Shown: piece after piece, positions 50,601 through 60,095 of the stretch
Layout of the letters: each line of letters begins with the position of its first letter
How positions within the stretch are numbered: position 1 is the stretch's first letter
Source: Chloropicon primus
Lineage: Eukaryota
Length of the DNA: 64,000 nt
NCBI GenBank assembly: GCA_023205875.1
Contig: CP060755.1
Span: 1,054,001 to 1,118,000, forward strand
Direction of reading: 5' to 3'
Translations under genes and position numbers: made by a program
The notes under the pieces: model-generated
Told to the model about the DNA's origin: nothing
The model's database searches: none
The model's input: only the letters and a program-made list of their open reading frames with translations

Positions 50601-52848
50601 CCTCGAGCATTAGAGAAGTCACCCTGCTCTCAGATTTCCGTCTCAGCCCCTTCAGCCTTCGGACGAGAATGACGTGCTCCATCACCGTCAAAGTTGGCCA
50701 CAGAAAGTCCAATTGGTGGCAAATGCCCAAGCTCTTCCTCAACGTTCTCTTTCGGACGGCACAATCCTCCCCCATGATCCTCAACTCACCTGACGTTGGA
50801 GAGAGTGCGCCTCCTAGAATAGACATCAAGGTCGTCTTGCCCGCGCCATTGTGTCCGAGGAGAATAGTGAGATTGTCTTGAAACACTTTCATCGAGAAGT
50901 TCCTCACGGCCCTGTGCTTCCCGTAAGATTTCGATATGTTTTGGAGCTCGAGGGCCGCCACCCTTCTCGCACTAGCCACTTCATAGGCTCCGCCTTCGAC
51001 GTCCACAACAGAATCCGGGCTCCGGTACGTCAATGCCGCCGCATCCAAGCCACCAAAGAAATTTTGACGAAGTCTGGCTGAAATTGCGAAAATACCTCCG
51101 TGATCGTCAATCAGCAGCCCCAATCCCCAGAGACCCGTGCTGAGGGCCACAACAAGGAGCAAGGTGCCACAGCTCAGGTATTCTGACTGGCCATCGTCCA
51201 TAACGCTCGCGTTTATGTTCTCCCACCGAAGACCTGTCTCCAGCTGCTCGAAGTGGGAAAGGGCGACGCTCAGCGCGTACAGGGAGCTTGGGGGAAAGAC
51301 GGAAACGACTAGCCACCACGGGCTGCCGTTTCTCATGATGTTGCACGTGAGCAGCCCGGGAATCCAAAAGACAAGGTAAGCAACCACTGCAGCTATCGAA
51401 GCCAGCACCGAGCTGGAACAGAATGTCGCAATCAGTGCGTTGAACAAGCAGAGTGCCACGAACCACACTACGAACACGAAAAAGACCAGGGATGTGCTGG
51501 CCAAGGGGTAGACGTAGGACAGTACAAGGCTCACGATGCCCGCAAGGAACAGGTAAGGAAGGACGGCAATGGCGCACAGCAGCGCGGAGTACAGCGTCTT
51601 GTTCATCTCCACCAAAGCCGTGTATTTCCGCAGCTTGAGGTGGCGGTCGTACATGAGAAATTGCATTTGCAAGGCGACTGCTGGCACAAAGCTGAAGACG
51701 ATGATGTTGGGATTGACCAGTCCCGAGATCCAGCCCTTGAATGGGTTTGCGTGCGCCGGGGCCGGGTAGGGGCTGTAGTAGGGGACCAAATCCCACGCCA
51801 GCGTTCCGCTGAAGATCTTCGTAACCGCATTGTCCACAGCATTCTGGATGTTTGCAGCCGCGAAGTAATTCTTCCACTTGTCAATCGCGCCAACCGCATC
51901 GACTGCCCAGTTGACGTACTTCTTGTTGAGGTCGGGCACCTTGGCAGCATCGACGTATATGGTGTAGGGATACTCCTCGTAGGACTCCCGTTCCGGTGGC
52001 AAATCTACGACTGCCATGACAGTCCCCGGGTTCGATCTCGCGCTCTCCAGCGCCTCGCCGACGTTTTCGTGCTTCACCAAGATCCCATCCAAGTGGGAAC
52101 GCAGGCACTCGGCATCGTTCAAGCACTCCTCGGCACAAGCGAGCTTTGGAAGGGGAAGAACGTCCTCTGAACTGCTCCACGTCAGCGCCAACCTGTCCAG
52201 GATCTCGTCCAAGTCGTCTGAGTTGCCGTACCATTCCTCGACAGAGCCGTCGAGTTCTTCTGAGGTGAGCTGAGCGCCCGCCCCAGAAAGCTTCTCCTCC
52301 AGCGCGTTCAGGTTGTGGCAAGCCCACACCACGTCGAGGAAAGAGAAGTCGGCTCGTGCGCCGAGGTCGCTCAATCCGAGTATGGCCAGGAATGCCCCTG
52401 GAAAGTGCTTTGAGACGGAGGTGAGGTTCTTCAGGGGGAAATCCGCGCCAGTGGTAGTCTTGCACAGCAGGTATCCCGCGGCCTGGTGAATCACTTCCTC
52501 GGACAACGGAGAATCGTGGCTGACGTAGGCGATCTTCGTGGGCACCCGGAAGCCGCGGCGAGCCCCCTCTGGAATTGACGCCAAGTGCCCGCAGTAGGAT
52601 CCCTCCGACTGGGTCCACCTGATGTCCATGATTTCCCTCGGAGAGTACACCGCCTCCGGGACGACTTGGTGCCCGTCTTTCAGGTCCACAACGAGGCTCG
52701 GGATGTAGCAGCAAAGCATAATCAGCACGGGCAAAAGCAGCTCCAGCACCCCGAACCACCTCATAGAACCCCTCGTCTTCAGCAGAACGCATCCAGTGAC
52801 AACGCCCCAGCATTGTGTCGCGCTCTTGCTCGACGCTCGCGAACTCAT
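47638..52848 (-). CDS. Full-size ABC transporter, subfamily A, apparently intronless
   Basis: TMD-NBD-TMD-NBD layout. NBD1: GHNGAGKTT, LSGGQKRKL, LLDEPTAGMD. NBD2: GPCGSGKST, LSEGNKRKV, SHSMEECEALC. Large first exoplasmic loop. Confidence 0.92.
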   Translation of the reverse strand: MSSRASSKSATQCWGVVTGCVLLKTRGSMRWFGVLELLLPVLIMLCCYIPSLVVDLKDGHQVVPEAVYSPREIMDIRWTQSEGSYCGHLASIPEGARRGFRVPTKIAYVSHDSPLSEEVIHQAAGYLLCKTTTGADFPLKNLTSVSKHFPGAFLAILGLSDLGARADFSFLDVVWACHNLNALEEKLSGAGAQLTSEELDGSVEEWYGNSDDLDEILDRLALTWSSSEDVLPLPKLACAEECLNDAECLRSHLDGILVKHENVGEALESARSNPGTVMAVVDLPPERESYEEYPYTIYVDAAKVPDLNKKYVNWAVDAVGAIDKWKNYFAAANIQNAVDNAVTKIFSGTLAWDLVPYYSPYPAPAHANPFKGWISGLVNPNIIVFSFVPAVALQMQFLMYDRHLKLRKYTALVEMNKTLYSALLCAIAVLPYLFLAGIVSLVLSYVYPLASTSLVFFVFVVWFVALCLFNALIATFCSSSVLASIAAVVAYLVFWIPGLLTCNIMRNGSPWWLVVSVFPPSSLYALSVALSHFEQLETGLRWENINASVMDDGQSEYLSCGTLLLVVALSTGLWGLGLLIDDHGGIFAISARLRQNFFGGLDAAALTYRSPDSVVDVEGGAYEVASARRVAALELQNISKSYGKHRAVRNFSMKVFQDNLTILLGHNGAGKTTLMSILGGALSPTSGELRIMGEDCAVRKRTLRKSLGICHQLDFLWPTLTVMEHVILVRRLKGLRRKSESRVTSLMLEALNMEPCFSTPTSRLSGGQKRKLSLILSFVGNPQIILLDEPTAGMDSASRRTVWQFLKNRADSNSIFMTTHLMDEADALGDRVAIMSKGELLCYGSGAFLKKQYAAGYRLLLSGKSTEEDAVLGEKIEEYFPGESIPHLVSGKSMILYLPERCKNQISSFLDTIRKRSIAHRMSVSRATLNDVFLKTLQEAPKTKRKKSAQRSLGDKAQSPTRTTLRVLLWKHRVNYSRNLQLIITTMVIPVVFVVIGSLLLNVLLSKAISGGIQLDGTYLGGPGKPLQFFSTDALEMATLQDQIEPTLRANSMQGVEPVALGPGDAWQSQILRSHPGVNASCGDPKQALTCASMILTDDELRHQTELTSEQKKSLVTTYQFATSDTALHGIPAALNQLNNVFLRDYVDGTILDRILVSLAPIEENAISGWHTLSVVTNFSSASILLAFCCCGASFGVNPAWERMHNCKIIQRISGISPSQYWFSQLVFDLLVYYVFCAAVFVVVYCLPSRTFFEESDAILGLFLAILGSGPAIIHLSYIFEGLFRSDFLCFGSLFALRAFVGIVFLEVGISLTVLESQGHAAAGRANDVLRWIVPISPEYCIARVFYDVVDSNFKGIHLSLGRSQARSLLPTTLYAFADSVLYSAVFWLFVQGKAIRWMTSLGLSRAPVQPTPSSLSEGKILRVSGLHFRFKSSQEKKGLFDLNFSLPRKGVLGLVGPCGSGKSTILQLLAGALKPSEGSILRIGENEESLFLQKQGFVTGYCPQAGGLFPRMTVQEHIQFYSQVWTSAGECEAHELDKENYLGMLGLKRYGAERVHTLSEGNKRKVNLAIALMAPSRLALLDEPSAGVDPEGQIRICNCIRKASRHKSIVMSSHSMEECEALCRRLAVLSDGRLSRPSTLKQLKGKYDRGLKLHLKLAARTEPAAEILSRAFPTASQVATSSDWHQCQIPEPASELERPKYLGGVFQAVQTLLASGLISDFRLSELGLEDAFVLD

Positions 52849-53015
52849 ATCGCCCGTCTCCCGCCTTCCCCTCTCGCAAGACCCCCCTCTCACCCGTGTG
52901 CCATAGCGTTACGCGTGTCGCACGAGTCCTCCTCGCGTTCCTACGTTTCCATCCACCTTCTCCGCCACGTTGTCCAGCCCCCGAGTCACGAGTCCTCCTT
53001 CCAGAGGTCCTGCGC

Positions 53016-53047
53016 AACAAGAACAAGAACAAGAACAAGAACAAGAA
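53016..53047. repeat. (AACAAG)n hexanucleotide repeat in the ABCA/PRP17 divergent promoter
   Basis: Read directly. Confidence 0.9.
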
Positions 53048-53400
53048 TCCCTCTCGTCCCGCCTCCTTCCTCGACGACTCGCTCTCTCCGTCTTCCGCTC
53101 CGTCCTCCTCCCCCCCTGCTTCGTAACAGACAGCTGACAGCAAATTTATTTTGATTTGAAAGCAGCTCGAGACGCGGACACCACCTTGCGGCGGGGGATC
53201 CAGACACTTGGGGACCTCTTTGCTTCGCGACGAGGCGGGGACGGGTCGTTGGAGGTCTTGACACCGAAGAGGGCGGTGGCGGGGGATCTTTTCTCTTTTG
53301 GTTTCGGCCCGTGTCGCGCAAAGTGCTTTGGACGGACCGGACGGACGACTCGCAGGGCGCAGTCGTGGACTTGATCGCTAAGAGGTGATAGGTGGTTACG

Positions 53401-55083
53401 ATGGAGTTCCTGGCGCAGTATGGGGACGAGGAGGACGAGGGGGGGAGGGAGGAGGTCGGACCGAAGGTCGTTTCATCGGCGAAGATTGTCGCGGCTCCGG
53501 AGGTCGACACGGTCGGGCTCGCTCTTGCGGAGGACAAAGTGGTGAGGCAGGGGCAGCAGCTGCAGTACCAAGACCCTTCGAAGAGGGTGGTGTACCAGAA
53601 CTTCAAGTACGAGGAGATGTGCGCGCCTCTCGCGGGGCCCTCGAGGGCGTTCGAGTCGAGCGGACTCAACGTGGGGGCGAAGAACCACCCCCTCGGGAAC
53701 GTCCAGGTGGCCCACGTGTCGAGCTACAACTTCGACAAGCAGTTCACGGATTTTCACAGCCAGGGAGGGGCCGTGGACCCGGCCGAGAACAGGCTGGTTT
53801 CCTCGCGGCGGAGCGCGCCCGAGAAGCCGAGGCCAGCGAAGATGGCAAAGGCGGCGAGCGGGGTGCCCACGAGTCGACCTGAGAAGGAGGAGGAGGAGGA
53901 GGAGGAGGAGGAGGACCCCTTCGAGTGGCGGGGAAGCAAGACCCCGTGGAAGGAGAGGACGGTGGAGGCGGCCGAGTACACCGAGGAGCAGAAGAAGATC
54001 CTGGAGGAGCAGGAGAAGAAGAATGCCGTGGAGGCAGAGACGAAGACCGAGCCGGAGAAGAGGGAGGACAAGAGCTTCTTCCACGGCAAGTCGGAGAGGG
54101 ACTACGCGGGTCGGTCTTGGGTCGAGCCGCCGAAGCACCTCAGGAAGGAGAACGACCACTGCTACGTTCCGAAGAGGTGTATTCACACTTGGAATGGGCA
54201 CTCGCAGTGCGTCCAAGCGATTCGGTTCTTCCCCGAGAGCGGCCATCTGCTCCTTTCGGCTGGAATGGACAGCAAGATCAAGATATGGGACGTGAACGAC
54301 ACCGGAAAATGCATGCGGACGTACCTGGGCCACCAAAAGGCGGTCAGGGACATCTGCTTCTCGAACGACGGCAGAAAATTCCTGAGCACGGGTTACGACA
54401 GGAATATCAAACTCTGGGACACGGAGACTGGTCAGGTCATCCGAACCTTGAGCTCTGCCAACATGCTTGGCTACTGCGTCAAGTTCCACCCGGATGACGA
54501 CAAGCAGAACACGGTGCTGGCGGGTTGCAGCAACAAGAAGATCTACCAGTTCGACACGGATAGCGGTGACATTGTACAAGAATATAACGAGCACCTGGGA
54601 GCGGTGAACTCCATCACCTTCGTGGACGAGAACAGGAGATTCGTTTCCACCAGCGACGACAAGACCATGAGAGTGTGGGATTTCGGCATTCCTGTCCAGA
54701 TAAAGTACATCGCGGACCCCACCATGCACTCGATGCCGTCCGTGGCTCTTCACCCCAACGGCAACTTCCTCGTCGCTCAGTCGCTTGACAACAAGGTCGT
54801 GATATGCAGCACGAAGGAGCGTTTCAAGATGAACAGGAAGAGGGTCTTCAAGGGGCACAACAGTGCGGGGTACGCTTGCCAGGTCAACTTCTCGCCCGAT
54901 GGCCGGTTTGTGATATCCGGAGACGCGGAGGGGCGGTGTTTCTTCTGGGACTGGAAGACGAGCAGGGTTTTCAGGAAGATGAAGTGCCACGATGGGGTGT
55001 GCATGGGGGCTGAGTGGCACCCCTTGGAAACGAGCAAGGTGGCGACCTGCGGCTGGGACGGGAAAATAAGGTACTGGGACTGA
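53401..55083 (+). CDS. PRP17: Pre-mRNA processing factor 17 (CDC40), WD40
   Basis: FHGKSERDYAGRSW, CYVPKRCIHTWNGH, EHLGAVNSITFVDENRRFVSTSDDK and WHPLETSKVATCGWDGKIRYWD. Confidence 0.95.
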   Translation: MEFLAQYGDEEDEGGREEVGPKVVSSAKIVAAPEVDTVGLALAEDKVVRQGQQLQYQDPSKRVVYQNFKYEEMCAPLAGPSRAFESSGLNVGAKNHPLGNVQVAHVSSYNFDKQFTDFHSQGGAVDPAENRLVSSRRSAPEKPRPAKMAKAASGVPTSRPEKEEEEEEEEEDPFEWRGSKTPWKERTVEAAEYTEEQKKILEEQEKKNAVEAETKTEPEKREDKSFFHGKSERDYAGRSWVEPPKHLRKENDHCYVPKRCIHTWNGHSQCVQAIRFFPESGHLLLSAGMDSKIKIWDVNDTGKCMRTYLGHQKAVRDICFSNDGRKFLSTGYDRNIKLWDTETGQVIRTLSSANMLGYCVKFHPDDDKQNTVLAGCSNKKIYQFDTDSGDIVQEYNEHLGAVNSITFVDENRRFVSTSDDKTMRVWDFGIPVQIKYIADPTMHSMPSVALHPNGNFLVAQSLDNKVVICSTKERFKMNRKRVFKGHNSAGYACQVNFSPDGRFVISGDAEGRCFFWDWKTSRVFRKMKCHDGVCMGAEWHPLETSKVATCGWDGKIRYWD

Positions 55084-55135
55084 GGTACAAGAGTCATCGT
55101 TGTGTTAAGCAAAATAAAATAAAAATGAAAGTAAT

Positions 55136-57100
55136 TTACATTGCTTCAGAGTCTCTGCGAGTTGTCACGTACTCGTACGGGTTTAGAATATTCAGCGTCG
55201 GGAAGTATCGCAAAATCGAGATTCCAAGGAACATCTCGATCTGCTGCTGCCTGTGCCCATCGTGGACGAGGTTCAGGTACCTGCGCTTCACGGAGAGCAG
55301 GGCGGAGTCGATGCCAGTTTTGCTCTTCACGTGCTGGTCCGGGGGCAGAATCTGCTGCAAGATCGCAGAATGCATGGCTCTTGATCCAGTGTAGAGCATG
55401 GCATTGAGGTCGCCTTCAACCTTGAATTGCTCCATCAGCGAGCTCAGAAGCTTTGTCGAGACCACGTCCCTCACATCGTCCACTTCTCCTTCCAGAACCC
55501 ACCAGTCCTCCTCGTGCTTGTTCGAAGACTTGGCGGCGCGGGCCGGGCTCTCCCAAGTCGTTTTGCGGTTCACGTGATCGATGTAGAAGGTCTTCCCCGT
55601 CACCTGGTCAGTCCTCGCCTCCCAGCCGTCCGGGAGGTCTGAACCAGGCCCCCCGCTCACCGGATCGATCACGTTGAGATTGAGCACCTGGCACTGCTGC
55701 AAAAGCACCGGGACGACCCCAAAGAAGGAGGCCACGTTCGTCCTGTCGAGAGAATCCGCGCAGTTGTAGCGCAGGACGCCCTTCTGGAACGTCTCCTGTG
55801 TCACCTCGAAGGTGGACGGGCTACCACCCTTGCCCTCCAGCCTGAGTCGCCCGCTGTTGTAGCCCACCTCTTTCAGCATGTTATTGATTGACATCCACAA
55901 CCCCTTTATGGTACCTTTCTCCCCAAGAGCCTTCGTGTTTGCATGCCAGTCGAAGTTCAACACCCTCAGGTCCATGTTCGGAATCATCTTGTTCGCAGAT
56001 CTCACCCCCTTTTGGAACCCCTCCGACAGCTTCAGCTCACTCCTTCCTGGCGCGCACCTCAGTAGGTTGACGCAAGTGACGCTGAACTTGTTGTCCTCCG
56101 CCGCCGCCGTCGGGGCATTCATCTTCTCGGTGTACTGCCTCCTCAATCTCCTGAAGTAACGAGCGGTGTGCTCGTATGAGTCGTCCTGCTTTACCCAGAT
56201 CTCCGCCTCTCCCACCGTGTTCTTGATGTCCACTCCCCACCAGATCGGCACTGAGCCCCTCCTCCAGACGTACGACGCGTAGGGAACGTCCGCCTCGCCC
56301 GAGTCCCTCCGCCAGAGCAGGAGCTCACACTCGATCTCGTTCCCGCAGCCAGCGTTGGAGTTTATGCCTCTCGCCAGGTACCTGGTTCCGGGGTGATGCC
56401 TGGACCGCCTGCAAAAGTGAGCGTAAGAGAAGGGGGTTCCACTCGAGTCTTCGAGGTCCATGGACTCGGCAAACCCCTGAAACAGCCTCGGACAGAGCTC
56501 ATGCATCCCAGCGTTCCAGAAAGGCAGGCCGAGCCACTCGTTCCAGACGAACTCGGAGCAGAAGTCGCTCCCCTCCCTTCCCGGGAAAGGGCAGGAGATA
56601 TCCAGAGTCTCGCAGTAAAAGTGGACCCCCTCGATGGCGTACTCCGTCACCGTGTTCAGGTTCTTCATCTCCTCCTTGGACACCCTGGTGCGGTCGAACC
56701 CGCTCAGCGGCATTCGGAACCACCTCGTGTCCGTCACCGTGTGGACCTCGTGCCCCCCCGGGAGCTGCATTGAGACGCGCGTGCTCCGGCAGATGAGGAC
56801 CAGCACCCACCCCGCGAGGACAACGTACCCAAGGACCGTGCAGCCGCTCTCAGAGGTCTTGATGCTATCGCTCATCCCCGATAGGTACTCGAGGGCCTCG
56901 GCGTGTGTCGAGTGCGTCTTCTGTATCCCGTCCTTGGGCTGCTCGAGGAGCTTCCCGCTCGTGTTGTCGATTTCGACTATCGTCGTCTTTTCCTTGGTCA
57001 GCGGCGAGAGCACGAGAAGAATCCTCCCCGCCCTCGTCTCCACCACCGTCACTTGGCTCCGCCCACCTTCGCGCATGTTGCGCGCCAGTCCCCGCCTCAT
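55136..57100 (-). CDS. SAC9: SAC9-like phosphoinositide phosphatase with inserted WW domain, ~654 aa
   Basis: HPGTRYLARGIN, WRRGSVPIWW, catalytic RYNCADSLDRTN (SAC9-type), and WW LPDGWEARTDQVTGKTFYIDHVNRKTTWESP. Confidence 0.85.
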   Translation of the reverse strand: MRRGLARNMREGGRSQVTVVETRAGRILLVLSPLTKEKTTIVEIDNTSGKLLEQPKDGIQKTHSTHAEALEYLSGMSDSIKTSESGCTVLGYVVLAGWVLVLICRSTRVSMQLPGGHEVHTVTDTRWFRMPLSGFDRTRVSKEEMKNLNTVTEYAIEGVHFYCETLDISCPFPGREGSDFCSEFVWNEWLGLPFWNAGMHELCPRLFQGFAESMDLEDSSGTPFSYAHFCRRSRHHPGTRYLARGINSNAGCGNEIECELLLWRRDSGEADVPYASYVWRRGSVPIWWGVDIKNTVGEAEIWVKQDDSYEHTARYFRRLRRQYTEKMNAPTAAAEDNKFSVTCVNLLRCAPGRSELKLSEGFQKGVRSANKMIPNMDLRVLNFDWHANTKALGEKGTIKGLWMSINNMLKEVGYNSGRLRLEGKGGSPSTFEVTQETFQKGVLRYNCADSLDRTNVASFFGVVPVLLQQCQVLNLNVIDPVSGGPGSDLPDGWEARTDQVTGKTFYIDHVNRKTTWESPARAAKSSNKHEEDWWVLEGEVDDVRDVVSTKLLSSLMEQFKVEGDLNAMLYTGSRAMHSAILQQILPPDQHVKSKTGIDSALLSVKRRYLNLVHDGHRQQQIEMFLGISILRYFPTLNILNPYEYVTTRRDSEAM

Positions 57101-57263
57101 CGTCCTCAGCCCTCTTCGCCCTCCAGCGCCTCCGCTCGAGGGTTTGCCGGCCAGGAAATGGGGCAGCTCCCTCACGGAGGCATGGAGGCATGAAATCAGG
57201 AGCAGGTGGTGGTGATGGTTTGGATGTTACTAGACTCGATGGTGGACACATGATTGTACTAAA

Positions 57264-58199
57264 TTACACGGCGGCTTGAGCCTTCCAGACGCTAACAGAA
57301 TTGTCTAAAGAACCCGTGGCCAGAAGCGGGAACTTTGGGTTCGCGCTGCAGGTGAGGACGACGCCGGAGTGGGGGACCCGCCTCACGACCTGCTGGGTGT
57401 TGACGTGCCAGAGGTACACGTCGCTGTCCTCCGATCCGGAAACGATGTAGACTGGGGGCTCGGACGCATCGAGGCGGACGCCGGTCCACACGTCGGAGGC
57501 CAGCGAGAACTTGTCGTTCCTGTGGCCACCGTAGACCTTGACCTCCTCCGCTCCCTCCAAGCTCCAGAGCCGGACCCCGCAGTCCCCCCCGTGGCTGCTG
57601 ATGAGGAGGTACCGGCCGTTCGGGGTGAACGAGACGGAGGTCACCGGGGGGTTGTCGTTGGAGGCGACGGTCTGGAGGCACTTGCCGGTCTCCGTGTCCC
57701 ACAGCCGAACCAGGCCGTCGAAGGAGGAGGAGGCGAAGATCGAGCTGTCGGGGGAGAATGCGACGCAGGAGACCGGATCCGAGTGAGCCGGAAGCTCCTT
57801 GAGGCACTCCCCGCTCGACACCTCCCAGACCCGAACGGTCTCGTCCAGAGACCCGGTGAGAAGCATGTTCCCTCGCGACGAGAACGCCACCGACAGGACG
57901 AAGTGCGTGTGACCCTGGAGCGAAAGGACGCACTCCCCCGTGCCCACGTCCCAAACCCGTACGACCTTGTCGTCCGCCGCCGTCGCGATCCTATCCCCCC
58001 TCGGACTCCACGCCACGCAGTTCACACCCGCCCCTCCCCCCGCTCCATTGATCTCCCGCACGACCTCGCCCTCCCCTCCCCCGACGCTCCAGATCTTGAC
58101 GACGCCGTCCGCGCTCGAGGACGCCAGGAGCCTCCCGTCCGCGCTCCACTTCACGCAGCTCACCCCCTTCCCGTGCTTGTACTCCTTCACCCGTTCCAT
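57264..58199 (-). CDS. WDR5: WDR5-like WD40 protein (COMPASS component), ~311 aa
   Basis: LPAHSDPVS, SSSFDGLVRLWDT, DNPPVTSVSFTPNGRYLL, YGGHRNDKF, IVSGSED. The in-frame ATG at 58301 lies only ~28 nt past the upstream gene's TGTAA, so 58199 is preferred. Confidence 0.78.
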   Translation of the reverse strand: MERVKEYKHGKGVSCVKWSADGRLLASSSADGVVKIWSVGGGEGEVVREINGAGGGAGVNCVAWSPRGDRIATAADDKVVRVWDVGTGECVLSLQGHTHFVLSVAFSSRGNMLLTGSLDETVRVWEVSSGECLKELPAHSDPVSCVAFSPDSSIFASSSFDGLVRLWDTETGKCLQTVASNDNPPVTSVSFTPNGRYLLISSHGGDCGVRLWSLEGAEEVKVYGGHRNDKFSLASDVWTGVRLDASEPPVYIVSGSEDSDVYLWHVNTQQVVRRVPHSGVVLTCSANPKFPLLATGSLDNSVSVWKAQAAV

Positions 58200-58399
58200 C
58201 GTTCCAACCCTTATCCTCGGCCGTCGACCGCCTTCTCCTTCCCGCGAAGAAAACTTTTCGGCTTGGGTTTGCAGACTTTGAGCTAAGGAGGCTTTTCTCA
58301 TGTTATGGTATGGTGGTATTGTTATGGTTTACACGTAGAGAAGGGAAGGAAGGCGGTGCGGGCGGGGTCTCGCCCTGTGTCCCGCAATTCAACCTGTCG

Positions 58400-59924
58400 T
58401 TACCGCGCGTTTTCCCCTTTCTGTTCTTCCTCGGGCTCTCCGGCCCTTTTGATTGTCAGTCCAAGCTCGGTGGACATCTCGAACACGCGATAGATGAAGT
58501 ACGCTGCGTCGAAGGAGTGTGCACCCGGCCGAGGCTCCTCCGAATCAAAGTAGTGGTAATGAAGCCTCTGCTCCCCCTGAGCCATCCAGTCCTCCCAAGG
58601 CTGGAAGCCATACATGTCTATCTTGTCGCACATTGTCAGAGAAATAAGCAGGGAGTAAAATCCTGACATGGGTTTCTCTCCAGAGAAACAGCCAAACTCG
58701 TGGCGCTCGAGCTCGGACTGCAGCTTGTCGTAGATCTCGTGCGCCTGGTAGAACAAGGAGAGAGTCAATGGCGTCAGCGCTAGTCGCCGGGGTGGGTGGG
58801 TGGGGAGGCACTCCTCCTCCTCCTCTTGAAAAACAAACAACCACTTCATAGTGGTTTGGAGTCGCTCACCTTTCTGAAGAATGCTGGGGACAAAACGAGC
58901 ATTTTCACTTCGGGATACTTGTGGTGAATGTCCACGAGGGTCTCCTTGAGCTTCAAGGGCTCGAACAGCAAGTAGATCGGGACGGGGTCCCTCCAATTCC
59001 ATTCCGTGTCCAGGCGCAGAAGGTTGTGCGCGTGCTTCGCGTTCAGGGACTCGAACGTGGTCCGAGTGCCAACGTGGTCCTCGTAACCCTCGGTGGGAGC
59101 CTGGTTGAACCTGTAAACCATGTCATGCCCGTCTATCTCTGACCCGTGGGTGGACAACTTCATCGTTCCCGAGTTGCCCACAAAGGCGCAAGTTCGATAC
59201 TTGTAGTCTGGACAAGTTTTTGGCATGGAACCAAACTTGTCCAGAGGAAATCTTTGAAGAGGAGAGGAGCAGTTCGCCTTGTCAGTCGAATTCCCTTGTC
59301 GCGCGGCAGCCGCCGAGCCCACCGTCCCGCTCCTCACCTGTAAGCTTCCGTTCGCTTGGACCCCACCGAGAAGTACTCGAACTTGCCAAACTTCCCGTCA
59401 GTCGTGTTGTCGACGAAGAGATCTCTGGCCAGGAAGTGGCACTCCGAGCTATTTGAGAACGCCTCAAAGTCGACGCCATCAAGCATCGCGCCAGCGGTCA
59501 CCTGAAGACGGTCTATGTCGCAGCTGGCACCAGCCCAACCGTTGTCACAGACGCAAAATCCCTCGTAGCACTTTCCGCGGCCGTTGCATTCGAGTGGACA
59601 CCAGGGCTGCGAGCAGTCCTCGCCCACCCAGCCCTCGTCGCAGGTGCACACCTCGGCTTGGCAGGATCCCCTCCCGGAGCACACCGTCTGCGAGCTGTTG
59701 CTTGGGCAGGTCGGAGCCACCACCTTGTCCAGATCCTCCTCCACATCCTTTTGGTCGTGGTGGTGGAACAACAGGTCCAGGTGGTAGTGGTGGTGACCAC
59801 ACGACGACGACGACGACGACGACGACCGGGACGACAAGTTCAGGAACTCCGGATCCTGCGATATCAAGTACACGGCAACGAAGCTGCTCGCTATGGAGAG
59901 AACGACCAGAACCGTGTCAAACAT
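58400..59924 (-). CDS. Type II membrane GT29 (sialyltransferase-like) enzyme with two tenascin-type EGF repeats; exons 59924-59338, 59251-58870, 58744-58400, ~437 aa
   Basis: N-terminal TM, EGF repeats CSGRGSC..CTCDEGWVGEDC and CNGRGKC..CVCDNGWAGASC, sialylmotif L (TCAFVGNSG..EIDGHDMVYRFNQAP), motif S (PMSGFYSLLISLTMCDKIDMYGF), HYHYFD. Two phase-consistent introns. Confidence 0.88.
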
Positions 59925-60095
59925 GGCGCTTCCGGCATGTCTGTCCTTCGTGTGCGACTTGCCGCTTTACGAAAATTGTGCCCAAATCCAAGATCCACAA
60001 TGTCCTCCACATCAAAAGATGAGGAGATGAGATGATTTTTTCCTGTGTGTCAGTTACGAGAATGTCACTTGATGTGATTGACCCTTTACATGGGG

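Noticed and set aside
47638..52848. ABCA gene as a possible horizontal or mobile insertion (long, intronless, weaker codon bias)
   Set aside because: Standard eukaryotic ABCA architecture, no flanking repeats or transposase, and other long genes here are also intronless.
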